Source: Chloroflexota bacterium (GTDB lineage: Bacteria; Chloroflexota; Dehalococcoidia; Lucifugimonadales; UBA1127). From it: a DNA stretch of 64,000 bases. Positions within the stretch are counted from its first letter, which is position 1, and each line of letters opens with the position of its first letter. This document shows positions 33,215 to 44,430 of the stretch, piece by piece. A program made the position numbers and the translations under genes. The stretch is from NCBI GenBank assembly GCA_026713825.1, contig JAPONS010000008.1:10682-74681 (forward strand). The letters run 5' to 3'. The notes below the pieces were generated by a model. That model ran no database searches, was not told where the DNA came from, and saw nothing but the letters and a program-made list of their open reading frames with translations.

Positions 33215-34537
33215 CTAAAACCGCCCCCGCAACTCCTTGAACACCAACGCCACCACAATGAACAGCACAAGCGCGCACACCCCGCCGAACAGGAACCCTG
33301 CCGAAATCCCGTACGCCCGCACAATCCCGCCCGCCATCGCCGCCCCCAGGCTCGTCAGCGCGAAGTCCAGCATGAACAGGCTCAGCACCCGCCCCCGCAG
33401 CGTGTCCGGCACAATCGTCTGGATCAGCGTATTGTTGGTGGCCATATAGAACATATGCATCGCCCCCATCACCACCATCACCAGCATCGACACCATCAGC
33501 GTCGTCGTCATCGCGAACGCGATCGTCGACACCGCCGCCCCCATCGCCGCCGCCAGCAGCATCAGCCCCTTACGACGCGCGCTCCCCAGGCTCGCCAGCG
33601 CCATCGTCCCAATCAGCGCCCCCACCCCGAAGGCGCTCAGCAGGAACCCCAGCCCGCGGTCCGGATTCTCCAGCACCTCCGCCGCGAACACCGGCATCAC
33701 CCCGTTCACAAAAGACATCAGAAACAGCGACGGAATCATCCCCAGCAAAATCAGCGCCAGGATCACCGGCGTCCGCACCGCGTACGCCACCCCCTCGCGG
33801 AAGTTCGTCAGGAAAGACTGCCGCGCGCTCCGGGACCAGTCCTCCTGCGGGATCCGAAGCGGCCACACCAGCAGCGCCACCATCGTGAACGCCACCGCCT
33901 GAATGAAGAAGTTCGTCGAAGGCCCCACCACCGCAATCAGCACCCCGCCGATCGCCGGCCCAATGATCCGCGTGACCTGGAACGCCGCGCTGTTCAGCGC
34001 AATCGCGTTCATCATCTCTTCCCGCGGCACAGAGTTCGCCACCATCGCCTGCCGCAGCGGATTGTTCATCGCCCACCCCGCGCCGAACAGGAACGTGAAC
34101 GCGTACAAGTGCCAGATCTCAAGAAAGTCCGACCACACCAGCAGCGCGAAGACCAGCCCCAGCAGCGCCAGATACACCTGCGTCGCCATCAGCAGCTTCC
34201 GCCGGTCCATCCGGTCCGTCAGCACCCCGCCCAGCGGCCCCGCAATCAGGAACGGCACCCCCCGCAGCCCCAGCACCGTCCCCGTCAGCAGCGCGTCCCC
34301 CGTCAAATGGAACGCCAGCCACCCAATCGTCACCTGCTGCACCCAATTCCCCGCGCTCGCCATCAACGTACTGGCCCACAGCAGCCGGTAGTTCGGATAC
34401 CGGAACGACGTGAACGTCCGAAGCTGCGTCAGCCCTCGATACGACAGCCGCCCCCGCAGCCCCCGCGACGAGCCCTCGCCCGCCGCCGCCTCCACGGGCG
34501 CCTCGGACCTCCCGCGCTGCTCCAACGTCCCGGCCAC
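33215..34537 (-). CDS. MFS transporter (EntS/MFS_3-like)
   Basis: 440 aa, GTG start, about 12 hydrophobic segments. Contains ...FRYPNYRLLWASTLMASAGNWVQQVTIGWL...GGVLTDRMDRRKLL... Confidence 0.85.
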   Translation of the reverse strand: MAGTLEQRGRSEAPVEAAAGEGSSRGLRGRLSYRGLTQLRTFTSFRYPNYRLLWASTLMASAGNWVQQVTIGWLAFHLTGDALLTGTVLGLRGVPFLIAGPLGGVLTDRMDRRKLLMATQVYLALLGLVFALLVWSDFLEIWHLYAFTFLFGAGWAMNNPLRQAMVANSVPREEMMNAIALNSAAFQVTRIIGPAIGGVLIAVVGPSTNFFIQAVAFTMVALLVWPLRIPQEDWSRSARQSFLTNFREGVAYAVRTPVILALILLGMIPSLFLMSFVNGVMPVFAAEVLENPDRGLGFLLSAFGVGALIGTMALASLGSARRKGLMLLAAAMGAAVSTIAFAMTTTLMVSMLVMVVMGAMHMFYMATNNTLIQTIVPDTLRGRVLSLFMLDFALTSLGAAMAGGIVRAYGISAGFLFGGVCALVLFIVVALVFKELRGRF

Positions 34538-34566
34538 CCCTTCACATCCAGTTCAACAACCCGCCA

Positions 34567-34575
34567 AGTATACCA
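34567..34575 (-). promoter_or_regulatory. Extended -10 promoter TGGTATACT for the MFS gene
   Basis: Minus strand GGTGGTATACTTGGCGGG... lies 29 nt before GTG 34537. Third occurrence of the same 9-mer. Confidence 0.45.
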
Positions 34576-34725
34576 CCCGCACCCTGACACCAAGACCTTG
34601 CCCCATCCTCGACCCAGTGCGTACCATGCGCGCAGACCCGCCGCCCGCCCACCCCCGGCCGCTGGGCGAAAGAAAATTCTTGGAATAGAGCCAGGCAACT
34701 CAATTGCACCGAAGCCGCTCCAAAC

Positions 34726-34755
34726 TTGACGCTACATACACCCCGTACCTACAAT
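34726..34755 (+). promoter_or_regulatory. Promoter TTGACG-18-TACAAT for rex
   Basis: TTGACG at 34726-34731 and TACAAT at 34750-34755, with a GGGAGG SD before ATG 34797. Confidence 0.5.
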
Positions 34756-34796
34756 GAGCCGTCCCGGAGCCCACTCCCAGGGAGGCTCACCAACCC

Positions 34797-35426
34797 ATGG
34801 AAGTCCCCGAGGTCGTTGTAAACAGGCTCCCCCAGTACGTGCGAGCCCTGCGCCACCTCCAGGCCCAGGGCAACGACGTCGTCAGTTCCCAGCTCCTCGG
34901 CCGCACCCTCCAGATGACCCCGGCCCAGATACGAAAGGACCTCAGCTACTTCGGCCGCTTCGGCAAGCAGGGCCGCGGCTACACCATCGCCTACCTCCTC
35001 GCGGAGCTCCAGGACATCCTCCAGCTGGACCACGAGTGGAACATGGCAGTAGTAGGCGTAGGCCGCCTCGGCCGCGCCATCATCAGCTACCCCGGCTTCG
35101 CCCCCGAGGGCTTCAAAGTAGTGGCAGCCTTTGACGCCGACGAACGCCAGGTAGGCCAAAGCATAGGCGGCCTCATAGTCCAGCCCATGACGGACCTCCC
35201 GGACACCGTCCGCCAGAAGAGCATCCAGATAGGCATCGTAGCCGTGCCCGCCGCCCAGGCCGCAGACGTCGTTGACCAGATCACCCTCTGCGGCATCCGC
35301 GCCATCCTCAACTACGCCCCCGTCAACACCCACACCCCCCAGGAGGTGAAGGTCCGCAACATAGACCCCGTCCTCTCCCTCCAGTCCATGACCTACTACC
35401 TCCGCTCCAACGACACCGGCAGCTAG
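34797..35426 (+). CDS. rex: Redox-sensing transcriptional repressor Rex
   Basis: MEVPEVVVNRLPQYVRALRHLQAQG...QIRKDLSYFGRFGKQGRGYTI...VVGVGRLGRAI... Confidence 0.93.
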   Translation: MEVPEVVVNRLPQYVRALRHLQAQGNDVVSSQLLGRTLQMTPAQIRKDLSYFGRFGKQGRGYTIAYLLAELQDILQLDHEWNMAVVGVGRLGRAIISYPGFAPEGFKVVAAFDADERQVGQSIGGLIVQPMTDLPDTVRQKSIQIGIVAVPAAQAADVVDQITLCGIRAILNYAPVNTHTPQEVKVRNIDPVLSLQSMTYYLRSNDTGS

Positions 35427-35428
35427 CC

Positions 35429-35460
35429 AAAAGAAAGAGGCGGCCCCACAGGACCGCCCC
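35429..35460 (-). terminator. Intrinsic terminator of the atp operon (between convergent rex and atpC)
   Basis: Minus strand GGGGCGGTCCTGTGGGGCCGCCTC followed by TTTCTTTTGG. Confidence 0.55.
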
Positions 35461-35500
35461 CTGTCTCCCTTAGTCAGCGCTCCAAGCGCTCGCCCAGCGC

Positions 35501-35947
35501 CTACTCTGCCGCCCCCGGCTGTGGTCCCCCGCCGGGAACGCGGCTCCGACGCCTCCGCGCCACCAAGACGCGAACCTGCGCCCGCCGCAGCGCCGCCACC
35601 GCCTGCTGCAAGTCCATGTCTGACTCCCGCGTCGCGATGCGCTCCTCCGCCCGGCGCATCGCCTCCTCTGCGCGCTCCAGCACAATCTCATCGGCCTGCT
35701 CCGCAGCATCGGCCAGGATAGTCACACGGTTATCCAGCACCTCCAGGAACCCGCCAGTGACCGCTATGGACTGCTCCTGCCCACCCTGCCTGATGCGCAG
35801 CTCGCCGGGGTTCAGTGTTGTCAGCAGCGGCGCGTGGTGCGGAAGGATGCCCAGCTCCCCGGCGGCGCCGGGTGCCACCACGGACTCCACCTCGCCGGAG
35901 AAGAGCAACCGCTCCGCCGTCACCATCTCGAACTGCATGGTCGCCAT
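35501..35947 (-). CDS. atpC: F1 ATP synthase epsilon subunit
   Basis: MATMQFEMVTAERLLFSGEVESVVAPGAAGELGILPHHAPLLT... Confidence 0.92.
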   Translation of the reverse strand: MATMQFEMVTAERLLFSGEVESVVAPGAAGELGILPHHAPLLTTLNPGELRIRQGGQEQSIAVTGGFLEVLDNRVTILADAAEQADEIVLERAEEAMRRAEERIATRESDMDLQQAVAALRRAQVRVLVARRRRSRVPGGGPQPGAAE

Positions 35948-35955
35948 GACTGCTC

Positions 35956-37380
<1,425 letters not shown>

Positions 37381-38241
37381 TTATTGGAAGGTCAGGTTGC
37401 CGCCGATGATGTCAAGTAGCTCGTTGGTAATGGCTTCCTGCCGCACCTTGTTGGCCGCCAGCGTCAGGTCCTTCACCAAGTCTTGCGCGTTTTCTGTCGC
37501 GTTGCGCATGGCCACCATGCGGGCCGATTGCTCGCTTGCGATGCCTTCCAGCACCGCGTGGTAGAGCTCCATCTCTACGTAGCGCGGGAGCAGAGCGTCG
37601 AGCACCTCGGCCGGTATGGGTTCATAGATGTAGCCCACGGCGTTGTCTGCTGCCAGCTCCGCCGGCGCCACAGGTAGAAGCTGCTGCAACGTCGGCCGCT
37701 GCACGATTGTGTTCACGAATTGACCGTACGAGATGAACACCGCGTCGGTCTCGCCCGACGTGAAGGAGTCCATGATGAGCCGGGCCAGCGGGACGATTTC
37801 CATCAGCGTCGGCCGGTCGCCAAGGCCGTCAAAGACCGCCTGAACTTCGCGGTTGGCACGGATCATGAAATCGCGCCCCTTTCGTCCGACGGTGACAACA
37901 GACACCGGGGTGCCGGCGTTATCCTCCAGGATGAACGAGCCAGCACGGCGATTCAGGTTGCCGGGAAGCGCCCCACACAGGCCCCGGTCCGGGGTCACGT
38001 GCACAAGCGTGGCTCGCTCAATGGACCGGGTCTGCAGGAGCGGGTGCGAGTCCTCGTTGCTGGGCATGCCGGCAAGGTGGGAGAGCAACTCAGCCATCTT
38101 CTCCGCGTAGGGCCGAGCAGCCATCGTTGCCTGCTGTGCGCGGCGCATCTTCACTGCCGCCACCATCTCCATGGCGCGCGTGATCTTACCCGTGTTCTGC
38201 ACCGTGCGGATGCGCCGACGTATCTGTCGTAGACTTGGCAT
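37381..38241 (-). CDS. atpG: F1 ATP synthase gamma subunit
   Basis: MPSLRQIRRRIRTVQNTGKITRAMEMVAAVKMRRAQ... Confidence 0.95.
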   Translation of the reverse strand: MPSLRQIRRRIRTVQNTGKITRAMEMVAAVKMRRAQQATMAARPYAEKMAELLSHLAGMPSNEDSHPLLQTRSIERATLVHVTPDRGLCGALPGNLNRRAGSFILEDNAGTPVSVVTVGRKGRDFMIRANREVQAVFDGLGDRPTLMEIVPLARLIMDSFTSGETDAVFISYGQFVNTIVQRPTLQQLLPVAPAELAADNAVGYIYEPIPAEVLDALLPRYVEMELYHAVLEGIASEQSARMVAMRNATENAQDLVKDLTLAANKVRQEAITNELLDIIGGNLTFQ

Positions 38242-38245
38242 TGCG

Positions 38246-39760
38246 TTACGCCGCCGCGAAGCCCTTCTGGAACTCCTCTATTGCAGAGCGAAGGGCCGCG
38301 GTGTTCTCCTCCGTAATGTCGTTGGTCTCAACGATGCTTCGGCCAACCTCTGGGTGGGCCGTGTCCATGTACTGCGTGAACTCGGACTCCCAGCGCTGAA
38401 CGTCTGCAATGGGTACCTCATCTACGAAGCCGTTGCCCACCGCGAAGAAGGTCATCACCTGGTGCTCGAGGTTCTGTGGTCGGTACTGGGCTTGCTTCAG
38501 GATCTCAGTGGTGCGCTGGCCACGCTCCAGTTGCTGCCGAGTCGCTGCGTCAAGGTCGGACGTTCCGAACTGCGCGAAGGAGGCCAACTCCCGATATTGG
38601 GCCAAGTCCAGGCGCATGCGGCCAGCGACCCGCCGCATGGCGCGCCGCTGGGCACTGCCGCCCACTCGGGAAACCGAAAGGCCCGCATTCACCGCCGGGC
38701 GGTTGCCGGCGTTAAACATGTCGGCCTCCAAGTAGATCTGGCCGTCCGTAATTGAAATCACGTTGGTCGGGATATAGGCGGACACGTCGCCTGCCTGCGT
38801 TTCGATGACTGGCAACGCGGTCATGGAACCGCCGCCCTCCTCATCGCTCAGCTTGGCGGCGCGCTCCAGTAGCCGGCTGTGCAGGTAGAAGACGTCGCCG
38901 GGATAGGCCTCGCGGCCCGCAGGTCGACGTAGGAGCAGCGAAAGCTGGCGGTATGCCCATGCGTGCTTCGAGAGGTCGTCGTAGATGACGAGGGCGTCCC
39001 GTCCAGACTCCATGATCTCCTCTGCGATGGCGCAACCGGCGTAGGGGGCGAGGAATTGCAGCGCTGCCGAGTCAGCGGCGTTGGCGGCCACGATGATGGT
39101 GTGTTCCATCGCACCGGCCTGCTCCAGCGTTCCGAGCACGCCCGCGACCTTGCCCGCCTTCTGTCCGACGGCCACGTAGACGCACAACAGGTCCTTGCCT
39201 TTCTGGTTGATGATGGCGTCGATGCAAATGGCGGTCTTGCCGATGGAACGGTCGCCGATGATGAGCTCACGTTGGCCGCGGCCGATGGGGATCATGGCGT
39301 CAATCGCCTTGATGCCTGTCTGCACTGGCGTGTCCACCGACTTCCGCTTGGTCACGTCCGGCGCGACACGCTCCACGGGGCGGTTCTTAGTGCTGGCCAC
39401 GGGACCCTTGCCATCAAGGGGACGTCCCAGCGGGTCGACAACGCGGCCCAGCAGGCCGTCGCCAACAGGGACCTCGACCATGCGCCCAGTTGTGCGCACT
39501 TGGTCGCCCTCCCGGACGGTATTCTCCTCGCCCAGGATGACGGCACCCACGCTGTCCTCTTCCAGGTTCAGCGCCATGCCGAACACGTTGTTGGGGAACT
39601 CCAACAACTCCGTGGACTTGCAGCCCGCTAGCCCGTGGATGCGGGCGATGCCGTCGCCGACGTCCATCACCACACCCACATCCACCATGGACACGCGGCT
39701 CTCAAATCCTTCTATTTGCTGCTTGATGACTGATACGATGTCTTCGCCACGAATGGCCAT
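38246..39760 (-). CDS. atpA: F1 ATP synthase alpha subunit
   Basis: [19 protein letters not shown]...[18 protein letters not shown]... ATG 39760 is preferred over ATG 39772. Confidence 0.96.
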   Translation of the reverse strand: MAIRGEDIVSVIKQQIEGFESRVSMVDVGVVMDVGDGIARIHGLAGCKSTELLEFPNNVFGMALNLEEDSVGAVILGEENTVREGDQVRTTGRMVEVPVGDGLLGRVVDPLGRPLDGKGPVASTKNRPVERVAPDVTKRKSVDTPVQTGIKAIDAMIPIGRGQRELIIGDRSIGKTAICIDAIINQKGKDLLCVYVAVGQKAGKVAGVLGTLEQAGAMEHTIIVAANAADSAALQFLAPYAGCAIAEEIMESGRDALVIYDDLSKHAWAYRQLSLLLRRPAGREAYPGDVFYLHSRLLERAAKLSDEEGGGSMTALPVIETQAGDVSAYIPTNVISITDGQIYLEADMFNAGNRPAVNAGLSVSRVGGSAQRRAMRRVAGRMRLDLAQYRELASFAQFGTSDLDAATRQQLERGQRTTEILKQAQYRPQNLEHQVMTFFAVGNGFVDEVPIADVQRWESEFTQYMDTAHPEVGRSIVETNDITEENTAALRSAIEEFQKGFAAA

Positions 39761-39820
39761 GCCTACCTCCATCCCGCACCGCGGGACCCTGCTTGTATCG
39801 CCACCTCGAGGGGTGGCGCG

Positions 39821-40366
39821 TTAGACCATACCCCGTGCAAGCGCACCCCGCAGTGAGTTGAGCCGCTGGCGTGCGCTGCCGTCTATGACGCGGTCGCCCA
39901 CCCGAATGACCAAACCGCCCAACAACTCCGAGTCCACAGACGCGGTCACACGCACGTCGCCGCCCAGCACCGTCGAGAGCTGCTCAGCTATGCGCTTCGT
40001 GTCGTCCTCCGACAATTCCACGGCGGAGGCAACCTCCACGCGGACGACGCCCTGCGACGCATCGACGAGCTCCCTGAAGCGCTCGTGCACCTGCGGAAAC
40101 GCCTGCACCGCTCGTGCCCGAGCAAGCAGATGCAACAAGTTGCCGGCGCCGTCGGTCATGTCCGGAAGGACGTGCCCCAACGCCCGCGCGCGCTCGTCCG
40201 CAGTTATCTCCGGTGCCTCCATCAGGGAGACAAACTCTGGCGTGCCAGCCGCTGCGGCAAGCGTTGCCAACTGCTCGTCCCATTCGGTAACGGCACCTGA
40301 CTCCTGAGCAAGCTCAAAGAGCGCTTGCGCGTACCGCTTGGACGATGGCTGTCTTCGCCCCGCCAT
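39821..40366 (-). CDS. atpH: F1 ATP synthase delta subunit
   Basis: ...SSKRYAQALFELAQESG...; operon position between atpF and atpA. Confidence 0.9.
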   Translation of the reverse strand: MAGRRQPSSKRYAQALFELAQESGAVTEWDEQLATLAAAAGTPEFVSLMEAPEITADERARALGHVLPDMTDGAGNLLHLLARARAVQAFPQVHERFRELVDASQGVVRVEVASAVELSEDDTKRIAEQLSTVLGGDVRVTASVDSELLGGLVIRVGDRVIDGSARQRLNSLRGALARGMV

Positions 40367-40369
40367 GTA

Positions 40370-40888
40370 CTAGTTCCGCTGCGCCTCAGCGCTCTCGCTG
40401 AGTGCCCTTTCGATAAGGTCCCGGTGAGCATCGCGGTCCAGGGAGCGGTCGATGACGCGTTCCGCCGCGGTGATGGCCAAGTCGGCAAAGTGCTCGCGCA
40501 CCTGCTCGATAGCTTGGTTGCGCTCCTGCTCGATCTGCGTACGCGCACGCCGGAGAAAGTCCTCCGCTTCCGCGCGTGCCCGCGCTTGCTCCCCCTCGCG
40601 GTAGCGCTCGGCGGCCTGTCGGGCCTCTTCCAGCACCTGCTGGCCGGCACGACGGGCCTCGCCCAACTGGGCCTCGAGCTCCTCGCGGGCTTGGGTCGAC
40701 TCCTGCCGAACCCGGTCCGCCTCAGACAGCGAGTCCCGGATGCGCTCCGAGCGCTGGTCCAGCATGGCCAGGATGCGCTTGTACCCAAAGGCGTACAGCA
40801 CCGCCAAGAGGATAGCGAAGTTTACGAGAAAGACTATCAGGCTGGGTATGTGAAACCCCAGCTTCTCCAATCCGTCCAAAAGTGCCAC
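40370..40888 (-). CDS. atpF: Fo ATP synthase subunit b
   Basis: GTG start after a GAGGAGG SD. N-terminal TM helix then a long charged helix. Confidence 0.88.
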   Translation of the reverse strand: MALLDGLEKLGFHIPSLIVFLVNFAILLAVLYAFGYKRILAMLDQRSERIRDSLSEADRVRQESTQAREELEAQLGEARRAGQQVLEEARQAAERYREGEQARARAEAEDFLRRARTQIEQERNQAIEQVREHFADLAITAAERVIDRSLDRDAHRDLIERALSESAEAQRN

Positions 40889-40914
40889 GGGAACCTCCTC
40901 CCGCGCCGGGCGTT

Positions 40915-41205
<291 letters not shown>

Positions 41206-41304
41206 CTAGTCCTGCCGGCTGGCATACAGCGCAAAGACGCCGCCTAAGGCGGCCGCGGCCAGACCTATCGCGACTACCACCAACGCCAGGATGACTACGT
41301 CCAT
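41206..41304 (-). CDS. Candidate 32-aa single-TM peptide between atpB and atpE
   Basis: MDVVILALVVVAIGLAAAALGGVFALYASRQD, with a GAAAGAGGGGA SD 6 nt upstream of ATG 41304. It sits in an otherwise unexplained 235-nt atpB-atpE gap. Confidence 0.4.
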   Translation of the reverse strand: MDVVILALVVVAIGLAAAALGGVFALYASRQD

Positions 41305-41383
41305 GTCGTCCCCTCTTTCCGGGCGGCCCTCACACCGATGCCGATGCGAGGCCTGGATCCTCCTGAGTTGTGCTGCCTCGCCG

Positions 41384-42310
41384 CTAGTGCTCCCCCTCCG
41401 CTTCATGGGGCGCAACGGCAATCGCGGCAAAGACTACTGTCAGGGCCGCGAAAATCACTCCCTGTATCAGGCCAACCATCAGCTCCAGCCCGTAGAAAGG
41501 CACGGAGAAGATGAAGGTCACCAGGAACGAGGTCACCAAGAGCAGGATCTCTCCCGCCGTCATGTTGCCGAACAACCTGAAGGTGAAGCTGACCACGCGG
41601 ACCATGTGGCTGACCGCCTCCAACACGCCGACAAAGAGGTCTATCAGCCCCGTAAGGATGCGTCCTCGCAGGAGATTGCCGAAGCGGATGAACTCCCCCA
41701 AATACCCGACGCCGTGGGCGCGGAACCCCAGGTATTCCACAACGAAGAAGGAGATGAGGGCCAGCGCTAAGGGCATGTTCAGATCCGTGCCTGCGGGACG
41801 CAGGAAGGTGGCGTAGATCTTATCGTCCTTGATGACGCCAAAGGACTGGTAAATGGGGATGAGGGCGAGCCAAGAGTTGAAGGCAACGAAGAAGAAGATG
41901 GTGGCCGCAAGGGGGAAAATGCCCCTCCCCTTGCCCGCGCCCATGACGCTCTCAACGAAGCTCAGCAGCGCCTCGACAATGGACTCCAGAAGCCCCTGCA
42001 ACCGCCCCGGCACCAGCTTCATCCGACTGGTGCCCAGGACAAAGAGCAGGATGAGAACAACAGAAGTCACCAGCGATGAGAGGATGGTGTTGGTGACAAC
42101 AAAGTCGAACCCACCCTCTTTGAGCTCATGTCCGGGATTGTCGCCAAGGATTTCCTGCGGGGCCAAGTGCACACCCGGCGTAGGGAGAAAGCTCTCTCGG
42201 TCGAAAAAAGCGGCGCCAATGGCGCCGGTGATAAATCCCGCCAATGCCAACGCCAATAGGGCAAGTGCCGCAAAGACCAGTATTCCCTTGGCGCTTCCGG
42301 AAATGGCCAC
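41384..42310 (-). CDS. atpB: Fo ATP synthase subunit a
   Basis: GTG start. ...VSFTFRLFGNMTAGEILLLV... is the conserved Arg helix. Confidence 0.94.
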   Translation of the reverse strand: MAISGSAKGILVFAALALLALALAGFITGAIGAAFFDRESFLPTPGVHLAPQEILGDNPGHELKEGGFDFVVTNTILSSLVTSVVLILLFVLGTSRMKLVPGRLQGLLESIVEALLSFVESVMGAGKGRGIFPLAATIFFFVAFNSWLALIPIYQSFGVIKDDKIYATFLRPAGTDLNMPLALALISFFVVEYLGFRAHGVGYLGEFIRFGNLLRGRILTGLIDLFVGVLEAVSHMVRVVSFTFRLFGNMTAGEILLLVTSFLVTFIFSVPFYGLELMVGLIQGVIFAALTVVFAAIAVAPHEAEGEH

Positions 42311-42315
42311 GCCGA

Positions 42316-42543
42316 TTATTCCTCCCTGGATCCCCGTTCTTGGTCACCCATCAGCGGCTGAACCATCCGGTAGAGCCCGTAAAAAGCAACCGCCGTCCCC
42401 AGTATGACTCCCACGATTATGAACACAGGTGTGGTGCCCAGCCACCGGTCCACCAAGTATCCGCCTACAATACCTATGACCACGGACGCAGCGACATACC
42501 ACCCGACCCCCATGAGACGCAGAGCGAGAGCCCACGTTGGCAT
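42316..42543 (-). CDS. atpI: AtpZ/AtpI-family small membrane protein
   Basis: MPTWALALRLMGVGWYVAASVVIGIVGGYLVDRWLGTTPVFIIVGVILGTAVAFYGLYRMV. ATG 42543 behind a GAGGTGG SD is preferred over TTG 42555. Confidence 0.8.
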   Translation of the reverse strand: MPTWALALRLMGVGWYVAASVVIGIVGGYLVDRWLGTTPVFIIVGVILGTAVAFYGLYRMVQPLMGDQERGSREE

Positions 42544-42562
42544 ATACCACCTCAAAGAAGTC

Positions 42563-42598
42563 TGGTGAATCTTATCACTACCGTTTACGGCGCGTCAA
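42563..42598 (-). promoter_or_regulatory. atp operon promoter (TTGACG-18-TAAGAT with TG) overlapped by a Rex-operator-like inverted repeat
   Basis: Minus strand: TTGACG (42598-42593), TAAGAT (42574-42569). TGGTGAATCTTATCACTA at 42563-42580 matches 11 of 14 defined positions of TTGTGAA-N4-TTCACAA. Confidence 0.35.
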
Positions 42599-42680
42599 AC
42601 GTCCCCTTTGTCCTTTCTGTGGTGAATACCGCGCCTCTGAACATCGTTCCTGCATGGCATCGAGCGACTGAAAACGGGCA

Positions 42681-42719
42681 CCAAAGCAAGAGGCCCCTAC
42701 TAGGGGCCTCTTGCTTTGG
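42681..42719. terminator. Bidirectional terminator, perfect 17-bp stem
   Basis: CCAAAGCAAGAGGCCCC-tacta-GGGGCCTCTTGCTTTGG, downstream of the nuclease gene and upstream of the atp promoter. Confidence 0.7.
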
Positions 42720-42739
42720 TGGATTTGTTATCTCGGACG

Positions 42740-43294
42740 CTAGCTGTTTGGGCCCTTTCCGAGGTCTCCCAGGTCCAAGCCCTCCACAAAGTCCGCAAAA
42801 GCAGACATCCCGCGAAGTTCATCCTCGCCGGGCGTTGCACCCGGGGTCGGCTGGCCGCCTTCCACCGCCTTTTTGGCCTCTTCGTCAAGCTGTACGCCAG
42901 CTTTGCTTAGGACGCCCTCGTCCACAAAGATCGGCACGTTTGTGCGAACAGCAAGCGCGAGAGCGTCGCTGGGGCGCGAGTCGACCTCCTTGCTATGGCC
43001 GTTGGTGTTGTCTCCGTACTCAAGGATGATCTTGGCGTAGAAGGTGTCGTTCTGCAGATCACTTACCACCACTCTCTTCACCACCCCACCCATGGCATCG
43101 ATGACGTTGCCGAGCAGGTCATGAGTGAGAGGCCGGGGCACCTTCACCTCTTGCAGCTTCACGGCGATTGCATCTGCTTCAAACTGCCCAATCCAAATAG
43201 GCAGATACCGGTCCGCGTCCTTCTCCTTCAGGATGACCACGCGCTGATAGTTCATCGGGCTGAGGCGGATGCTGTCGATGTACATCTCTGGCAT
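42740..43294 (-). CDS. Bifunctional nuclease family protein (DUF151/BFN domain)
   Basis: MPEMYIDSIRLSPMNYQRVVILKEKDADRYLPIWIGQFEADAIAVKLQEVKVPRPLTHDLL...SRPSDALALAVR... Confidence 0.8.
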   Translation of the reverse strand: MPEMYIDSIRLSPMNYQRVVILKEKDADRYLPIWIGQFEADAIAVKLQEVKVPRPLTHDLLGNVIDAMGGVVKRVVVSDLQNDTFYAKIILEYGDNTNGHSKEVDSRPSDALALAVRTNVPIFVDEGVLSKAGVQLDEEAKKAVEGGQPTPGATPGEDELRGMSAFADFVEGLDLGDLGKGPNS

Positions 43295-43346
43295 AGTTCC
43301 CACCCCTTTCCGCAAGCTAGCGTCCCCTAGAGGAGCTGATTGAGAG

Positions 43347-43376
43347 ATTGTATGTCTCAGCTATGAAAAGTGTCAA
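43347..43376 (-). promoter_or_regulatory. Promoter TTGACA-18-TACAAT for the nuclease gene
   Basis: Minus strand: consensus TTGACA (43376-43371), 18-nt spacer, TACAAT (43352-43347). Confidence 0.55.
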
Positions 43377-43448
43377 CGAATCCGGTTGTTGCGCCAAAGG
43401 GGAATGGTTACTCGTGAGTCCTCGCCGAGAGTGGGTGCGGAAGACAAT

Positions 43449-43489
43449 CAACCGCCCGTCTTGGCCCGAAGGTCATTGACGGGCGGTTG
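43449..43489 (-). terminator. Terminator after rpsI
   Basis: CAACCGCCCGTC...GACGGGCGGTTG has 12-bp arms. The minus strand continues ATTGTCTT. Confidence 0.55.
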
Positions 43490-43515
43490 CGCATCCTCAT
43501 GCTAGCGCTAGGGCG

Positions 43516-43935
43516 CTACCTCTTGGTGTACTGCGGCGCGCGACGGGCCCGTTTGAGACCGTACTTCTTGCGCTCCTTGATGCGGGCATCGCGGGTTAGC
43601 ATTCCGTGGCTCCGCAGCAGCTTCCGAAGGTTTGGATCAAACGCCAGCAGACCGCGCGCGATTCCGTGCCGCAATGCGTCGCCCCAAGCGGCCAAGCCAC
43701 CGCCGTGGCACTTGGCCACGACCGTAAACTTGCCGAGGTTGTCCGTCACTTGCAAAGGCTCCAAAGCCGCCGATTGCCATGTCACCCACGGCAACGCCTG
43801 CTCCAACGACCGGCCGTTTACCACAACCTCGCCGCCACCGGGATATAGTCGTACCTGCGCAACTGCATTCTTGCGCTTGCCCGTGCCATAGTAGTATTGC
43901 TGATCGCTGGATGCCTGTGCCGGCCGTGTCGTCAT
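43516..43935 (-). CDS. rpsI: 30S ribosomal protein S9
   Basis: ...YYYGTGKRKNAVAQVRLYPG...RRAPQYTKR. Confidence 0.96.
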   Translation of the reverse strand: MTTRPAQASSDQQYYYGTGKRKNAVAQVRLYPGGGEVVVNGRSLEQALPWVTWQSAALEPLQVTDNLGKFTVVAKCHGGGLAAWGDALRHGIARGLLAFDPNLRKLLRSHGMLTRDARIKERKKYGLKRARRAPQYTKR

Positions 43936-43956
43936 CTCGATTCCTTCCTTGCCGAC

Positions 43957-44430
43957 CTAGGCGCTCTCGCCGGTCGCCTGTCTCTCAGGGGCGTAGCCGG
44001 TGATCTGCGCCTGATGTGGATGGTCCGGACCGGGGTAGACCTTCATGCGCTTGAGCATGTGCCGGCCCATCGTGGTCTTTGGCAGCATCCCCCAGACAGC
44101 CTGCTCAATGATTTTGTTGGGCCTGCGTTCCAGCATCTTGTCCATCGTGACACTGCGCAAGCCGCCCTGATACCCGCTGTGCCAGTTGTAGACCTTCTGC
44201 TCGCGCTTCTTGCCCGTTGTGTGCACCTTGGCCGAGTTCACTACCACCACAAAGTCGCCCGTGTTGATGTTCGACGTGTAGATGGGCCGGTGCTTGCCTT
44301 GCAATATCGTCGCAATCTGCACGGCCAAGCGGCCAAGCGGCATTTGGGACGCATCGAACAAGTGCCACCGCGGGCTTAGTTCCGCCGGTTTCGCGACGTA
44401 TGTGCGTGTCCGTTTTATGTTTGTTGCCAT
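43957..44430 (-). CDS. rplM: 50S ribosomal protein L13
   Basis: ORF trimmed to ATG 44430. MATNIKRTRTYVAKPAELSPRWHLFDASQMPLGRLA... Confidence 0.95.
   Translation of the reverse strand: MATNIKRTRTYVAKPAELSPRWHLFDASQMPLGRLAVQIATILQGKHRPIYTSNINTGDFVVVVNSAKVHTTGKKREQKVYNWHSGYQGGLRSVTMDKMLERRPNKIIEQAVWGMLPKTTMGRHMLKRMKVYPGPDHPHQAQITGYAPERQATGESA

Noticed and set aside
41206-41430. 74-aa version of the small ORF between atpB and atpE.
   Set aside because: The first 42 codons are Arg-rich, overlap the atpB 3' end and lack an SD. Only the 32-aa hydrophobic C-terminal part with its own SD was kept, as a low-confidence call.
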